A stretch of DNA of 64,000 nucleotides from a bacterium (GCA_035400585.1 DAOMZR010000001.1:127347-191346); one strand, 5' to 3'; shown: positions 16,905 through 25,949, counted from the first letter of the stretch. Notes: generated from the letters alone by a model not told the origin. Numbers and translations are program-made.

Positions 16905-18668
16905 ATGAAAAATGAAAATGAGAAAAATGAGCTAGAAATGAAAAGACATTCTTTGGCTCATATTATGGCTTTAGCCATCAAACAAATTTATCCAGAAGTT
17001 AAATTTGCTATTGGGCCAGACATTGATAATGGTTTTTATTATGATATTGACCTAGGCGACAAAAAAATAGGGGACAGTGATTTATTGGAAATTGAGAAAA
17101 AAATGAAACATATTGTTAAGCAAAACTTAAAATTTGTTAAGTCAGAAATGGAGATTAATGATGCTATTTCTAAGTTTGAAGAAAGTAATGATGTTTATAA
17201 GGTGGAGATTTTGAAAGAATTAAAATCGGAGAGTGAAAGTGTTGTTAGTTTTTATCAACTTGGTGATTTTACCGATTTATGTCGTGGTCCTCATATTGAA
17301 TCAAGCGGTAAAATCCAATTAGGTTCTTTTAAACTAGATAAATTAGCTGGGGCCTACTGGCGTGGTGATGAAAAAAATAAAATGTTAACCAGAATTTATG
17401 GTTTGGCATTTTCTACTAAAGAAGAGTTGGACGATTATGTAAGAATAATGGAGGAGGCTAAGAAAAGAAATCATCGAAAATTAGGTCAAGAATTAGATTT
17501 ATTTTCAATTAGTGAAAAAGTTGGACCAGGCTTAATATTGTGGCACCCCAAATTGTCAAAGGTGAGAGAAGCAGTTGAATCTTTTTGGAGAGAATTTCAT
17601 CGAAAAAGAGGCTATGATACTGTTTATACTCCCCATATTGGTTTAGCTAAACTATGGCAAACCAGTGGACACTTAGGTTTTTTTAAAGATTCTATGTATT
17701 CACCAATGGATGTTGATGGTGAAAATTATTTTGTTAAACCAATGAATTGTCCTTTTCATGTTGAAATATATAAGTCAAGACCACGTTCTTGGAGAGAATT
17801 TCCTTTGCGTTGGAATGAACTAGGATCTGTTTATCGTTACGAAAAGAGTGGAGAATTAAGTGGAATGCTTAGAGTTCGCGGTTTTACTCAGGATGATGCT
17901 CATATAGTTTGTCGTAAAGATCAATTTGCCGACGAGTATCGTGAAGTTTTAAAACTTAGCTTTGAAATGTTTCAAACTTTTGGTTTTACAGATGTTAAGG
18001 GTTATCTAGCAGTCCGAGATCCTAAAAATATAGATAATTACATGGGTGATAGCGAAATTTGGGACATGGCCGAGAAAACAATTAAAGAGGTTGTCTCTGA
18101 CTTTAATATGCCTTATGAGGTGGAAGAGGGTGGAGCTAAATTTTATGGACCAGCCTTGGATATTAAAGTTAAAGATTCTATTGGTCGTGAATGGCAATTA
18201 ACAACTATTCAGCTGGACTTTAATTTGCCGGAGAAATTTAACATGACTTATAAAGGCCCAGAAAAAGACGAGAGACCTATTATGATTCATAGAGCCTTAC
18301 TTGGTTCTTTGGAAAGATTTTTTGGAGTTTTAATTGAACATTATGGTGGAGCATTTCCTTTGTGGTTGGCGCCTTCTCAAATAAGAATTTTGTCAGTTGG
18401 CGAGAAACATATTGATTATTGTAAAAAACTAAAGCAAGAATTTTTAAATAAAGATATTAGAGCCGAGCTTGATATTAATGACGAAACTGTTTCCAATAAG
18501 ATTAGAAAGGCTGCTAGTGAAAAGGTGCCGTATGTATTAGTGGTTGGAGATAAAGAAATGGATGAAAATATTTTTGCGGTTAGAAAAAGGGGTGAAAACG
18601 AAACTAATGTTTTTTCTCCCGATGATTTTTATAATCTGATATTAAAAGAAATAAAAGAAAAAATATAA
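16905..18668 (+). CDS. thrS: threonyl-tRNA synthetase lacking the N-terminal TGS domain
   Basis: Begins in the N2/editing-type domain (HSLAHIMALA). Class II motifs FRWNELGSVYRYE and RVRGFTQDDAHI, plus a C-terminal anticodon-binding domain. Confidence 0.95.
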   Translation: MKNENEKNELEMKRHSLAHIMALAIKQIYPEVKFAIGPDIDNGFYYDIDLGDKKIGDSDLLEIEKKMKHIVKQNLKFVKSEMEINDAISKFEESNDVYKVEILKELKSESESVVSFYQLGDFTDLCRGPHIESSGKIQLGSFKLDKLAGAYWRGDEKNKMLTRIYGLAFSTKEELDDYVRIMEEAKKRNHRKLGQELDLFSISEKVGPGLILWHPKLSKVREAVESFWREFHRKRGYDTVYTPHIGLAKLWQTSGHLGFFKDSMYSPMDVDGENYFVKPMNCPFHVEIYKSRPRSWREFPLRWNELGSVYRYEKSGELSGMLRVRGFTQDDAHIVCRKDQFADEYREVLKLSFEMFQTFGFTDVKGYLAVRDPKNIDNYMGDSEIWDMAEKTIKEVVSDFNMPYEVEEGGAKFYGPALDIKVKDSIGREWQLTTIQLDFNLPEKFNMTYKGPEKDERPIMIHRALLGSLERFFGVLIEHYGGAFPLWLAPSQIRILSVGEKHIDYCKKLKQEFLNKDIRAELDINDETVSNKIRKAASEKVPYVLVVGDKEMDENIFAVRKRGENETNVFSPDDFYNLILKEIKEKI

Positions 18669-18681
18669 AATAAAAAGGGCA

Positions 18682-18906
18682 CTATTCAGTGTCCCTTTTT
18701 GTAAAACCTTTTCTCGTATAGGCCGACAATCCTTCTGGATTAATCGATTCCATGGTTAAATTTTTGATTTGAACATTAAGCTCTGTATTTCCAACACCTT
18801 TAATACTAATTGTTGTGTTGGGGTAATAATTTTTTGCATAATTGAAATCTTCTTCCGACATTTCAGCTAAATAAGTCTCTCCGTTAAACTTAACATTTAT
18901 TCTCAT
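18682..18906 (-). CDS. hypothetical protein (74 aa)
   Basis: ORF lying behind a perfect consensus promoter. No motif recognised. Confidence 0.5.
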   Translation of the reverse strand: MRINVKFNGETYLAEMSEEDFNYAKNYYPNTTISIKGVGNTELNVQIKNLTMESINPEGLSAYTRKGFTKRDTE

Positions 18907-18936
18907 GATTTTTATATTTTAATTTACGATTTAACC

Positions 18937-18965
18937 ATTATAACATATTTTGTGTTAATTGTCAA
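18937..18965 (-). promoter_or_regulatory. consensus sigma70-type promoter
   Basis: On the minus strand: TTGACA (18965-18960), 17-nt spacer, TATAAT (18942-18937). Confidence 0.6.
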
Positions 18966-19051
18966 TATATAGGCTTTTGTTGAAAAAAATGTTAAAATTA
19001 AATTAATCTTAATAATAAACAATTTTAATATTAAAATTAAAAATTAAAACT

Positions 19052-19282
19052 ATGAAACATTTAAATTGGTTAGATTATTTGACTGCTGTTTTGTTGTTAA
19101 TTGGAGGTTTAAATTGGGGTTTGGTTGGTTTTTTTGATTTTAATTTAGTTTCTTTTCTTTGTTTTGATTATGATGGTTTAAATTGTTTCTCTCGCTTTGT
19201 TTATGGATTGGTTGGCTTGTCAGCTGTATACCTGTTAGTAAGAAGACCATTTTGTTGTTGTCAAAATAAAAAGAAAAAATAA
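19052..19282 (+). CDS. DUF378 family small membrane protein
   Basis: LLLIGGLNWGLVGFFDFNLVSFL and a second helix VYGLVGLSAVYLL. Confidence 0.8.
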   Translation: MKHLNWLDYLTAVLLLIGGLNWGLVGFFDFNLVSFLCFDYDGLNCFSRFVYGLVGLSAVYLLVRRPFCCCQNKKKK

Positions 19283-19324
19283 TTCTCAAAAAATATTTTT
19301 TATTGCATAATTCATTTTTGTTAA

Positions 19325-20851
19325 ATGTTTCCTCTTAATTTTTTTGTTAAACTAAAATTTTATTCTCGTTATCGTCAAATAGAATTCTTCAAAAAAAATC
19401 CAGTTGAAGCACAGCTGGAGGTTTTTTTTGATTTATTAGATAAAGCTAAGACTACTTTTTGGGGAAAGAAATATAATTATGAAACCATAATTCAAAGTAG
19501 TAGTGCTGAAGATGCCCTGAGATTGTTTAAAGAGAATGTTCCCATTTCTTCTTATGATGATTTAAGATCGGAGATAGATCGTATTTGTAATCTAGAAGAG
19601 AATGTTTTGTGGCCAGGGAAAATAAAACATTTGGCCAAATCTTCTGGAACAACCGGGTCAAAAAGTAAAATAATTCCTATTTCCGATGATTCTCTAGAAG
19701 ATTGCCATTACAAGGGAGGTCAAGATGTTTTGGCTTGTTATTATAAAATAAATCCAGAAACTAATATTTTTTTAGGAAAAACAATTTCTGTTGGGGGGTC
19801 TTTTGATGCAAATTTTAACAATGTCAATTGTGGTGATTTATCGGCTATATTGATGAATAATTTACCTTTCTGGGCTAGTCCGTTTAGATCACCTAAGCTT
19901 CCAATTGCCTTATTAAATAATTGGGAAGAAAAATTGGAAGAAATGGCCAAAGAAACTATGAATGAAAATATAGTGGCTTTAGCTGGGGTTCCCTCATGGA
20001 CATTATTAGTTGTTAAAAAAGTTTTGGAAATATCAAAGAAAAACAATATTTTTGATGTTTGGCCCAACTTAGAATTGTTTATGCATGGCGGGGTTAGTTT
20101 TTCTCCGTACAAAGAACAATTCAAAGAATTAATTCCAGGAAATAAAATGAATTATCTTGAGATTTATAATGCTTCCGAGGGGTTTTTTGCTTTTAATGAT
20201 GATTTAAGTCGCGATGATATGCTTTTAATGTTGGATCTTGGTGTTTTCTATGAATTTATTCCTCTTTCAGATTTAGATAAAGATAACCCTAGGGTTTTGA
20301 ATATAAAAGAAGTTGAATTAAATAAAACTTACGCTTTGGTTATTTCTACCAATGGTGGTTTGTGGCGATATCTAATAGGCGATACTATACAAATTACTTC
20401 TTTAAGGCCGATTAAAATAAAAATAGTTGGTCGAACAAAGCACTTCATAAATGTTTTTGGAGAGGAATTAATGGTTGGTAATACCGACAAGGCTCTAGAG
20501 ATAGCTTTAAATAAAAATGAGGCCAGTATTAACGATTATACTGTTTGTCCAATTTTTATGGATGGTAAAAATAAAGGAGGACATGAATGGCTTATTGAAT
20601 TTGATAAACACCCCGCAAATTTGGAAAAATTTGTTATTGATTTGGATGAAGCTCTTAAAAGTCTCAACTCCGACTATGAGGCTAAAAGATATAAAGAGAT
20701 GATTTTGTCTTTGCCTAAATTAAATGTTGCTAGAAAAAATTTATTTTACGACTGGTTAAAGAAGAGAGGGAAGCTAGGGGGACAGAATAAGGTTCCTCGC
20801 TTATCTAATAGTAGGGAGTATTTGGAAGAGTTATTGATGTTAAGTAGTTAG
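19325..20851 (+). CDS. GH3 family (acyl-acid amido synthetase-like, adenylate-forming) protein
   Basis: About 500 aa with SSGTTGSKSKIIP, YNASEGFF and the layout of bacterial GH3 proteins. No search was run. Confidence 0.75.
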   Translation: MFPLNFFVKLKFYSRYRQIEFFKKNPVEAQLEVFFDLLDKAKTTFWGKKYNYETIIQSSSAEDALRLFKENVPISSYDDLRSEIDRICNLEENVLWPGKIKHLAKSSGTTGSKSKIIPISDDSLEDCHYKGGQDVLACYYKINPETNIFLGKTISVGGSFDANFNNVNCGDLSAILMNNLPFWASPFRSPKLPIALLNNWEEKLEEMAKETMNENIVALAGVPSWTLLVVKKVLEISKKNNIFDVWPNLELFMHGGVSFSPYKEQFKELIPGNKMNYLEIYNASEGFFAFNDDLSRDDMLLMLDLGVFYEFIPLSDLDKDNPRVLNIKEVELNKTYALVISTNGGLWRYLIGDTIQITSLRPIKIKIVGRTKHFINVFGEELMVGNTDKALEIALNKNEASINDYTVCPIFMDGKNKGGHEWLIEFDKHPANLEKFVIDLDEALKSLNSDYEAKRYKEMILSLPKLNVARKNLFYDWLKKRGKLGGQNKVPRLSNSREYLEELLMLSS

Positions 20852-20943
20852 TTTTTGTTGCCTTGTTTTGTGTAAAATGTTATTATTTAATTGATAATCA
20901 ATAAATAGTTCTTTTAAAACTTAAAATCAAAAGGAGGTAACAT

Positions 20944-22215
20944 ATGAAAAGTTTAAATTATTTTTTTTGGAGCTTATATGCTTTATGCTATGATGTTCTT
21001 TTGAAGTTTGGTCCTTATCTAAAAATGTTTGATAGAATAATTGAACAATTAGATTTAAACAATGGCCAAAATTTGAAAATACTTGATGTCGCTTGTGGAA
21101 CTGGCAATTTAGAGCTTCTTTTATCTAAAAAAGGTTACAACAATTTGGATATTAAAGCTTTAGACTTTTCTGCTGTAATGTTAAAAAGAGCTAAAAGAAA
21201 AAACAAAGACTGTGTTTTTTGTTTTTCTGATATTTCAAATCCTCTTCCTTTTGATGATGAGTCATTTGATAGAATTGTGGTGGTTAATGTTTTTCATTTA
21301 TTGCCACAACCAGAAAAAACTTTATCTGAAATTACCAGAGTTTTGAAAACAAATGGTAAAATAATTTTGGTTTCGTTAAAAGACCAATATCAGATGTCTT
21401 TTATTTTAAAATCGTGGAAACATGAGCACGAACCATTTAAAAAGTGGGAAGGCAAAAACATGTTTTTTTGGTTTTATTTGGTATTTAAATCTTTTGGCTT
21501 TTCTTTTTCAGCTCTAAAGTTTATTTTTGTGGCTATTTTTAACAAAATTATAGATAAAAATGTCAAAGGTTTCAGCCGCAAACAACTAGATTCAATGTTT
21601 TTAAATGAAGGTCTTAGATGTTGTAATGTAGAAATGGTTTATGGTGATCAGGAATTCTTATTTACTTTAATTAAGCCAGAAACAATAATTAGAGCTATTA
21701 GAAATAACTATGAATTTAGTGAAGTTGTCAGTTTGAGAAAAAAAATTTTTGTTCAAGAATTCAAATTACCAGAGGACAATTTAATGGAAGAACCAGATTT
21801 AATTGGTGAAAAAAAAATAGATTTTTTAGTAATCAATAATCAGGAAATAATCGGTACCGTTAGATTAATAAAAGTTTTTAGTCTGGATAGTTTTGAGTGG
21901 GGCTTTGCCCTACCAAAAAATTTGGATTTTTCATTATTTTTTCCTTGTTTGGAAGTATCAAGATTTGCTTTTTTGAAAAAGAATCGAAATCGTGAAGATG
22001 TGCTTAGGTTAGTTTCTGCCGTTTATGAACATTCTTCTTGTCTTGGTTTTGATTATATTTCTGGTTCTTTGAGGGTTGAGTTTTTTTATTTATTAAGAAG
22101 ATTTGGTATAAAATTTGATTTAATTAGTGAAGAATTTGATTATCATAAAACCTGGAAAATTATTACTTTCTTGAGTCCTGTGAGGGAAAATTTATTAATG
22201 TTAAAAAACAAATAG
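20944..22215 (+). CDS. fusion protein: class I SAM-dependent methyltransferase, a hydrophobic segment, and a LuxI/FeeM-like (GNAT-fold) N-acyl synthase-like domain
   Basis: ILDVACGTGNL (motif I) and RIVVVNVFHLL. Hydrophobic stretch FFWFYLVFKSFGFSFSALKFIFVAIF. The C-terminus has LRKKIFVQEF...EEPD...DFLVI...IIGTVRLI...LEVSRFAF. A strong SD aaggagg sits at 20931-20937. Confidence 0.6.
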   Translation: MKSLNYFFWSLYALCYDVLLKFGPYLKMFDRIIEQLDLNNGQNLKILDVACGTGNLELLLSKKGYNNLDIKALDFSAVMLKRAKRKNKDCVFCFSDISNPLPFDDESFDRIVVVNVFHLLPQPEKTLSEITRVLKTNGKIILVSLKDQYQMSFILKSWKHEHEPFKKWEGKNMFFWFYLVFKSFGFSFSALKFIFVAIFNKIIDKNVKGFSRKQLDSMFLNEGLRCCNVEMVYGDQEFLFTLIKPETIIRAIRNNYEFSEVVSLRKKIFVQEFKLPEDNLMEEPDLIGEKKIDFLVINNQEIIGTVRLIKVFSLDSFEWGFALPKNLDFSLFFPCLEVSRFAFLKKNRNREDVLRLVSAVYEHSSCLGFDYISGSLRVEFFYLLRRFGIKFDLISEEFDYHKTWKIITFLSPVRENLLMLKNK

Positions 22216-22221
22216 AATTAA

Positions 22222-24366
22222 ATGGAGTTTTTTTCTTTAAAAAGATTTAAACTCCATTATTTTAAAATTATGATATCCTTTACTTTTATATTGCCAATAG
22301 TTTCAATCCTGTCTTTGATTTTGGGGTTTTATGTTTTTTTTAATAACTATAAATCTTTTATTAATATAGTTTTTTTATTTTTTTGTTTAAGTGTTTCTGG
22401 TTGGATTTTCTCAGTTTTTTTTCTAATAAATTTTTCTCAAGATGTTGTTTGGGGGGAGCTTCCGTTTTTTTTCGCAGGATGTATGGTTTGTTTTTTGTTG
22501 ATTTTTATTTTAAAAATTGATAACGCCAAAACAAATAATTATCTTTATTTTTTAGTTTTAGCTCCGATTATAATTATATCTTATTTATTGTTTACTGAAA
22601 AAATAATAGAATCTGTCGTTTTGGTTAGCGATAATTTTGTTGTTACTTCTTTTAGCGAATATTATAATTTATTTGTAGTTTATGCATTGGCCTATGTTCT
22701 TTGTATTTTTTTATGTTTAATTTACAAATATATTAAAAGTGCTGGTCTTGAGAGAGCTAGGATAAAATATGTTTTGTTTGGTATTTTAAGTTTTATAGTG
22801 CCCGTGACTTTTACAAATATGATATTACCAACATTTTTTGATATTTGGATTTTTAATGGTATCGGTCCAATTTTTTCACTGTTTATGGTGGTGTTTATTG
22901 CCTATGCTATAGTTCGTTATCGTCTAATGGATATCTATTTTGTTTTTAGATTGGGAACAATTTTTTCTCTTTTGTTGTTTTCAATTATTTTTATTTATAT
23001 TTCTTTGAGCTATTTGTTTTTAAAATTGTTTAATATAAGCTATCCTTTTGATTTGATAATTTCATCATTTGTAATAACTTTGAGTTTTTTACCATTAAAA
23101 AGGTTTATAGAATTTATAACTGATAAAATATTTTTTCGTCGATACTATAAATTTGATGATGTTTTAAGTAAAATAAGAGGGGAGTTGCGCTTGTCTGGTC
23201 TTGATCTGGATAAAAATTTGGCTGGAGTTAATAAAATAGTAAGCTCTGTTTTAAAAGTTGATAGAAGTATTATTGCCATTTTGATTCCTAAAGATCATTT
23301 TATTTCTAAACAAATTATTGGTGTTAATCAAGAAGAAATTAGAATTAGGTATCATAGCCCAATAATTAGCTATTTAATGGATTGTCCAGACGGTGTTTTA
23401 GATAAGGAAAGTATTAAAAAATGTGAATCGTCATCCGATAAACCAATTGACTTAAATACTCAAAAAAGCATATTAAAAGAAATGGATCGTCTAAAGGTTT
23501 CGCTTATCGTTCCTATCAGTCTAAAAAATAAATTAATTGGAGTTTATCTTTTGGGTGATAAAAAGTCTGGTAGCGCTTTTAATTCTAGAGATTTAAAATT
23601 ATTAAAACATATTACTTGGGAATTGGGGTATGTTATTGATAATGCAAGATCTTACGAAGAATTAAAAAGACTTGATGATTCAAAATCAAAATTTATTTCA
23701 GTTGTATCCCATCAATTAAGAACGCCGGCTACCATAAGTAAATATAATTTGGAATTAGCCTTGGATAAAAATATTGGATTAGATGACAGAAGCAAAGCCA
23801 TCCTTGATGCTTATGAGGGGGTTTTGCTTTTTAGTAGACAACTTGATCAACTTTTGTTGGTTTTGGAGATAGAAGATAAAGACATGAAAATTGATAAAAA
23901 GAGTGTTGATTTGGAATTATTTTTTGATGATTTTTTGAAAAGAAATAAATTACTTTTAAAAACCAAAAAACTTAAATTAGAAACAAAATTAGATTTTCCT
24001 AAAAACAAAGTTCGTTTTGATGCCAATAAAATTAATAAAGTTTTGGATATAATATTTTTAAATTCAGTTAACTATAGTAACTTAAAAGGAAAAATTATTA
24101 TCTCTTCTTGGATTAAAAAGTTTAATAAGAAAAATAATTTAATTTTTGCTTTTTCTGATTTTGGTATCGGAATAAAGGAAGATGACAAGCCCAATATTTT
24201 TAAGAAATTTTATAGAGGTTCAGATGCTGGAATAATGTCTCCCAGTGGTTTTGGTTTAGGCTTGTTTATTGCTAAAAAAATTATTAAATCTCATGGTGGC
24301 GATCTTTGGTTTGAAGATAATAATGATTCTAGAGGGGCTATTTTTTACTTTTCTTTACCTCTTTAA
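22222..24366 (+). CDS. polytopic sensor histidine kinase (7TM-type N-domain, GAF-like, HisKA, HATPase)
   Basis: About 9 hydrophobic helices by eye with VRYRLMDI. H-box VVSHQLRTP, N-box region LDIIFLNSVNYS, and G-boxes DFGIGI and GFGLGL. Confidence 0.9.
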   Translation: MEFFSLKRFKLHYFKIMISFTFILPIVSILSLILGFYVFFNNYKSFINIVFLFFCLSVSGWIFSVFFLINFSQDVVWGELPFFFAGCMVCFLLIFILKIDNAKTNNYLYFLVLAPIIIISYLLFTEKIIESVVLVSDNFVVTSFSEYYNLFVVYALAYVLCIFLCLIYKYIKSAGLERARIKYVLFGILSFIVPVTFTNMILPTFFDIWIFNGIGPIFSLFMVVFIAYAIVRYRLMDIYFVFRLGTIFSLLLFSIIFIYISLSYLFLKLFNISYPFDLIISSFVITLSFLPLKRFIEFITDKIFFRRYYKFDDVLSKIRGELRLSGLDLDKNLAGVNKIVSSVLKVDRSIIAILIPKDHFISKQIIGVNQEEIRIRYHSPIISYLMDCPDGVLDKESIKKCESSSDKPIDLNTQKSILKEMDRLKVSLIVPISLKNKLIGVYLLGDKKSGSAFNSRDLKLLKHITWELGYVIDNARSYEELKRLDDSKSKFISVVSHQLRTPATISKYNLELALDKNIGLDDRSKAILDAYEGVLLFSRQLDQLLLVLEIEDKDMKIDKKSVDLELFFDDFLKRNKLLLKTKKLKLETKLDFPKNKVRFDANKINKVLDIIFLNSVNYSNLKGKIIISSWIKKFNKKNNLIFAFSDFGIGIKEDDKPNIFKKFYRGSDAGIMSPSGFGLGLFIAKKIIKSHGGDLWFEDNNDSRGAIFYFSLPL

Positions 24367-24374
24367 TTCGCCTA

Positions 24375-24403
24375 TTGCTATTTTTATTTAATTAGAGTAG
24401 AAT
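24375..24403 (+). promoter_or_regulatory. sigma70-type promoter for the RRM-protein gene
   Basis: TTGCTA (24375-24380), 17-nt spacer, TAGAAT (24398-24403). This implies a 5' UTR of about 115 nt. Confidence 0.55.
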
Positions 24404-24522
24404 GAAGACATGCTAAACAAGGCTTTTCTAATATTCTTACACAAGTAAAATGTTCGTGAGAGTTAGAGATAATTTAAAAAAGGTCGGCTTGTTTATTAAT
24501 TTATTTGTATAAGAATATTGTT

Positions 24523-24819
24523 ATGAAAAAATTATTTGTAGGTAGTTTACCTTTCTCCACTAAAGAAGAAGAATTAAAAGATTTCTTTTCTCAAGTTGGT
24601 ACAGTTGAATCTTCTGCTGTTATTATTGATAAAATGACTGGCAGATCAAAAGGTTTTGGTTTTGTTGAAATGTCATCTGATGAAGAAGCTCAAAAGGCCG
24701 TTGATACTTTAAACGGAGCTGATTTGGGTGGAAGAAACATCGTTGTTAACATTGCTAGACCAAAAGAAGACCGTCCTCGCACTGGTTTTGGTGGTGGAAG
24801 AGGTGGATATAGAAACTAG
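24523..24819 (+). CDS. RRM-type RNA-binding protein with a Gly/Arg tail
   Basis: RNP2 KLFVGSL and RNP1 KGFGFVEM, with tail GFGGGRGGYRN. Start moved to the ATG at 24523; the track start at 24505 is a TTG. Confidence 0.9.
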   Translation: MKKLFVGSLPFSTKEEELKDFFSQVGTVESSAVIIDKMTGRSKGFGFVEMSSDEEAQKAVDTLNGADLGGRNIVVNIARPKEDRPRTGFGGGRGGYRN

Positions 24820-24837
24820 TTTTCTTAAAATATAAAA

Positions 24838-24863
24838 ATAGCCCCAAAAGGGCTATTTTTTTT
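24838..24863 (+). terminator. intrinsic terminator
   Basis: atagccc caaaa gggctat followed by T8. Confidence 0.75.
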
Positions 24864-24914
24864 ATAAATACAGAAAGAATTGTATAATAATTATTAAAAT
24901 GATAAAATTGTTTT

Positions 24915-25919
24915 ATGACTATAGAAAAATTAAAACAAGCTCTAGCAGATAAACCAAATTTTAGACTTAAACAAGCCATAAGATTGGTTTTTGTTGATTT
25001 AATTGATGATTGGTCTAAAGCATCTGTTTTCCCATTGGAATTACGAGAGGAGTTAAACAAAAAAATACCCCTAGAAATAAAAGCTGATTTGTTTTTGTCG
25101 AAAGATCAAAATTCTGGGAAAGCCATGATTACTTTAATTGATGGATTAAAGGTAGAAACGGCTTTAATGTCTCATGATGATGATCGAAATACCGCTTGTC
25201 TTTCTTCTCAAATTGGTTGTCCTTTGGCTTGTAAATTTTGTGCTACCGGACAAATGGGTTTTAGTAGAAATTTAGATTACAGTGAAATATTAATCCAAGC
25301 ACTTTTTTGGGCCAGATTTTTGAAACAAAAAGGGAAGAGACTAACCAATGTTGTCTTTATGGGGATGGGTGAACCTTTTTTGAATTATGATAATGTTTTT
25401 AAATCCATTAAATTTTTAAACGATGCAGATTTGTTTAATATTTCTTCTAGAAAAATAGCTATTTCGACCATTGGACTTGTTAATGAGATTAAAAAAATGG
25501 CAGAGGAAAGAATAAAGATTGATTTGGCCATATCCCTTCATTCTCCGGACGATACATTGAGGGCTAAACTAATGCCTTATACTAAAAATTATTCTATCAA
25601 AAAATTATTTGAAGCAACCGATTTTTATATTAAAAAAACAAACAGAAAAGTTATGTTAGAATATCTTTTAATAAAAGATATTAATGATACCAAAAAAGAA
25701 GCAGAAAAACTAGTAGATTTGCTTGATAATAAAAAATTATATTTATTAAATCTTATAAAATATAACGAGACTGGAAATTTTAAGGCCTCAGACAAAAAGG
25801 CAATTATTGATTTTAAAAATATATTAAAAAGAGGTGGTGTTAATGTGGTAGAACGTTATCGCTTTAATCAAGATGTTTTTGGCGCTTGTGGCCAACTAGC
25901 CTTAAAATCAAGCACTTGA
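24915..25919 (+). CDS. rlmN: 23S rRNA/tRNA adenine-C2 methyltransferase, radical SAM (RlmN/Cfr family)
   Basis: CPLACKFCATG radical-SAM motif, MGMGEP, and a C-terminal catalytic Cys context GACGQL. Confidence 0.9.
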   Translation: MTIEKLKQALADKPNFRLKQAIRLVFVDLIDDWSKASVFPLELREELNKKIPLEIKADLFLSKDQNSGKAMITLIDGLKVETALMSHDDDRNTACLSSQIGCPLACKFCATGQMGFSRNLDYSEILIQALFWARFLKQKGKRLTNVVFMGMGEPFLNYDNVFKSIKFLNDADLFNISSRKIAISTIGLVNEIKKMAEERIKIDLAISLHSPDDTLRAKLMPYTKNYSIKKLFEATDFYIKKTNRKVMLEYLLIKDINDTKKEAEKLVDLLDNKKLYLLNLIKYNETGNFKASDKKAIIDFKNILKRGGVNVVERYRFNQDVFGACGQLALKSST

Positions 25920-25943
25920 CATAATTATTCCTTTTGTTATAAT
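25916..25943 (+). promoter_or_regulatory. promoter with extended -10 for the rplJL operon
   Basis: TTGACA (25916-25921, overlapping the rlmN stop), 16-nt spacer, TGtTATAAT (25935-25943). Confidence 0.65.
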
Positions 25944-25949
25944 AAGAGC

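Noticed and set aside
25917-25919. Possibility of an alternative genetic code (UGA recoding, as in some CPR lineages)
   Set aside because: TGA terminates rlmN here and the HAD gene at 46301-46303, at positions matching the expected protein ends. Long ORFs are intact under the standard code.
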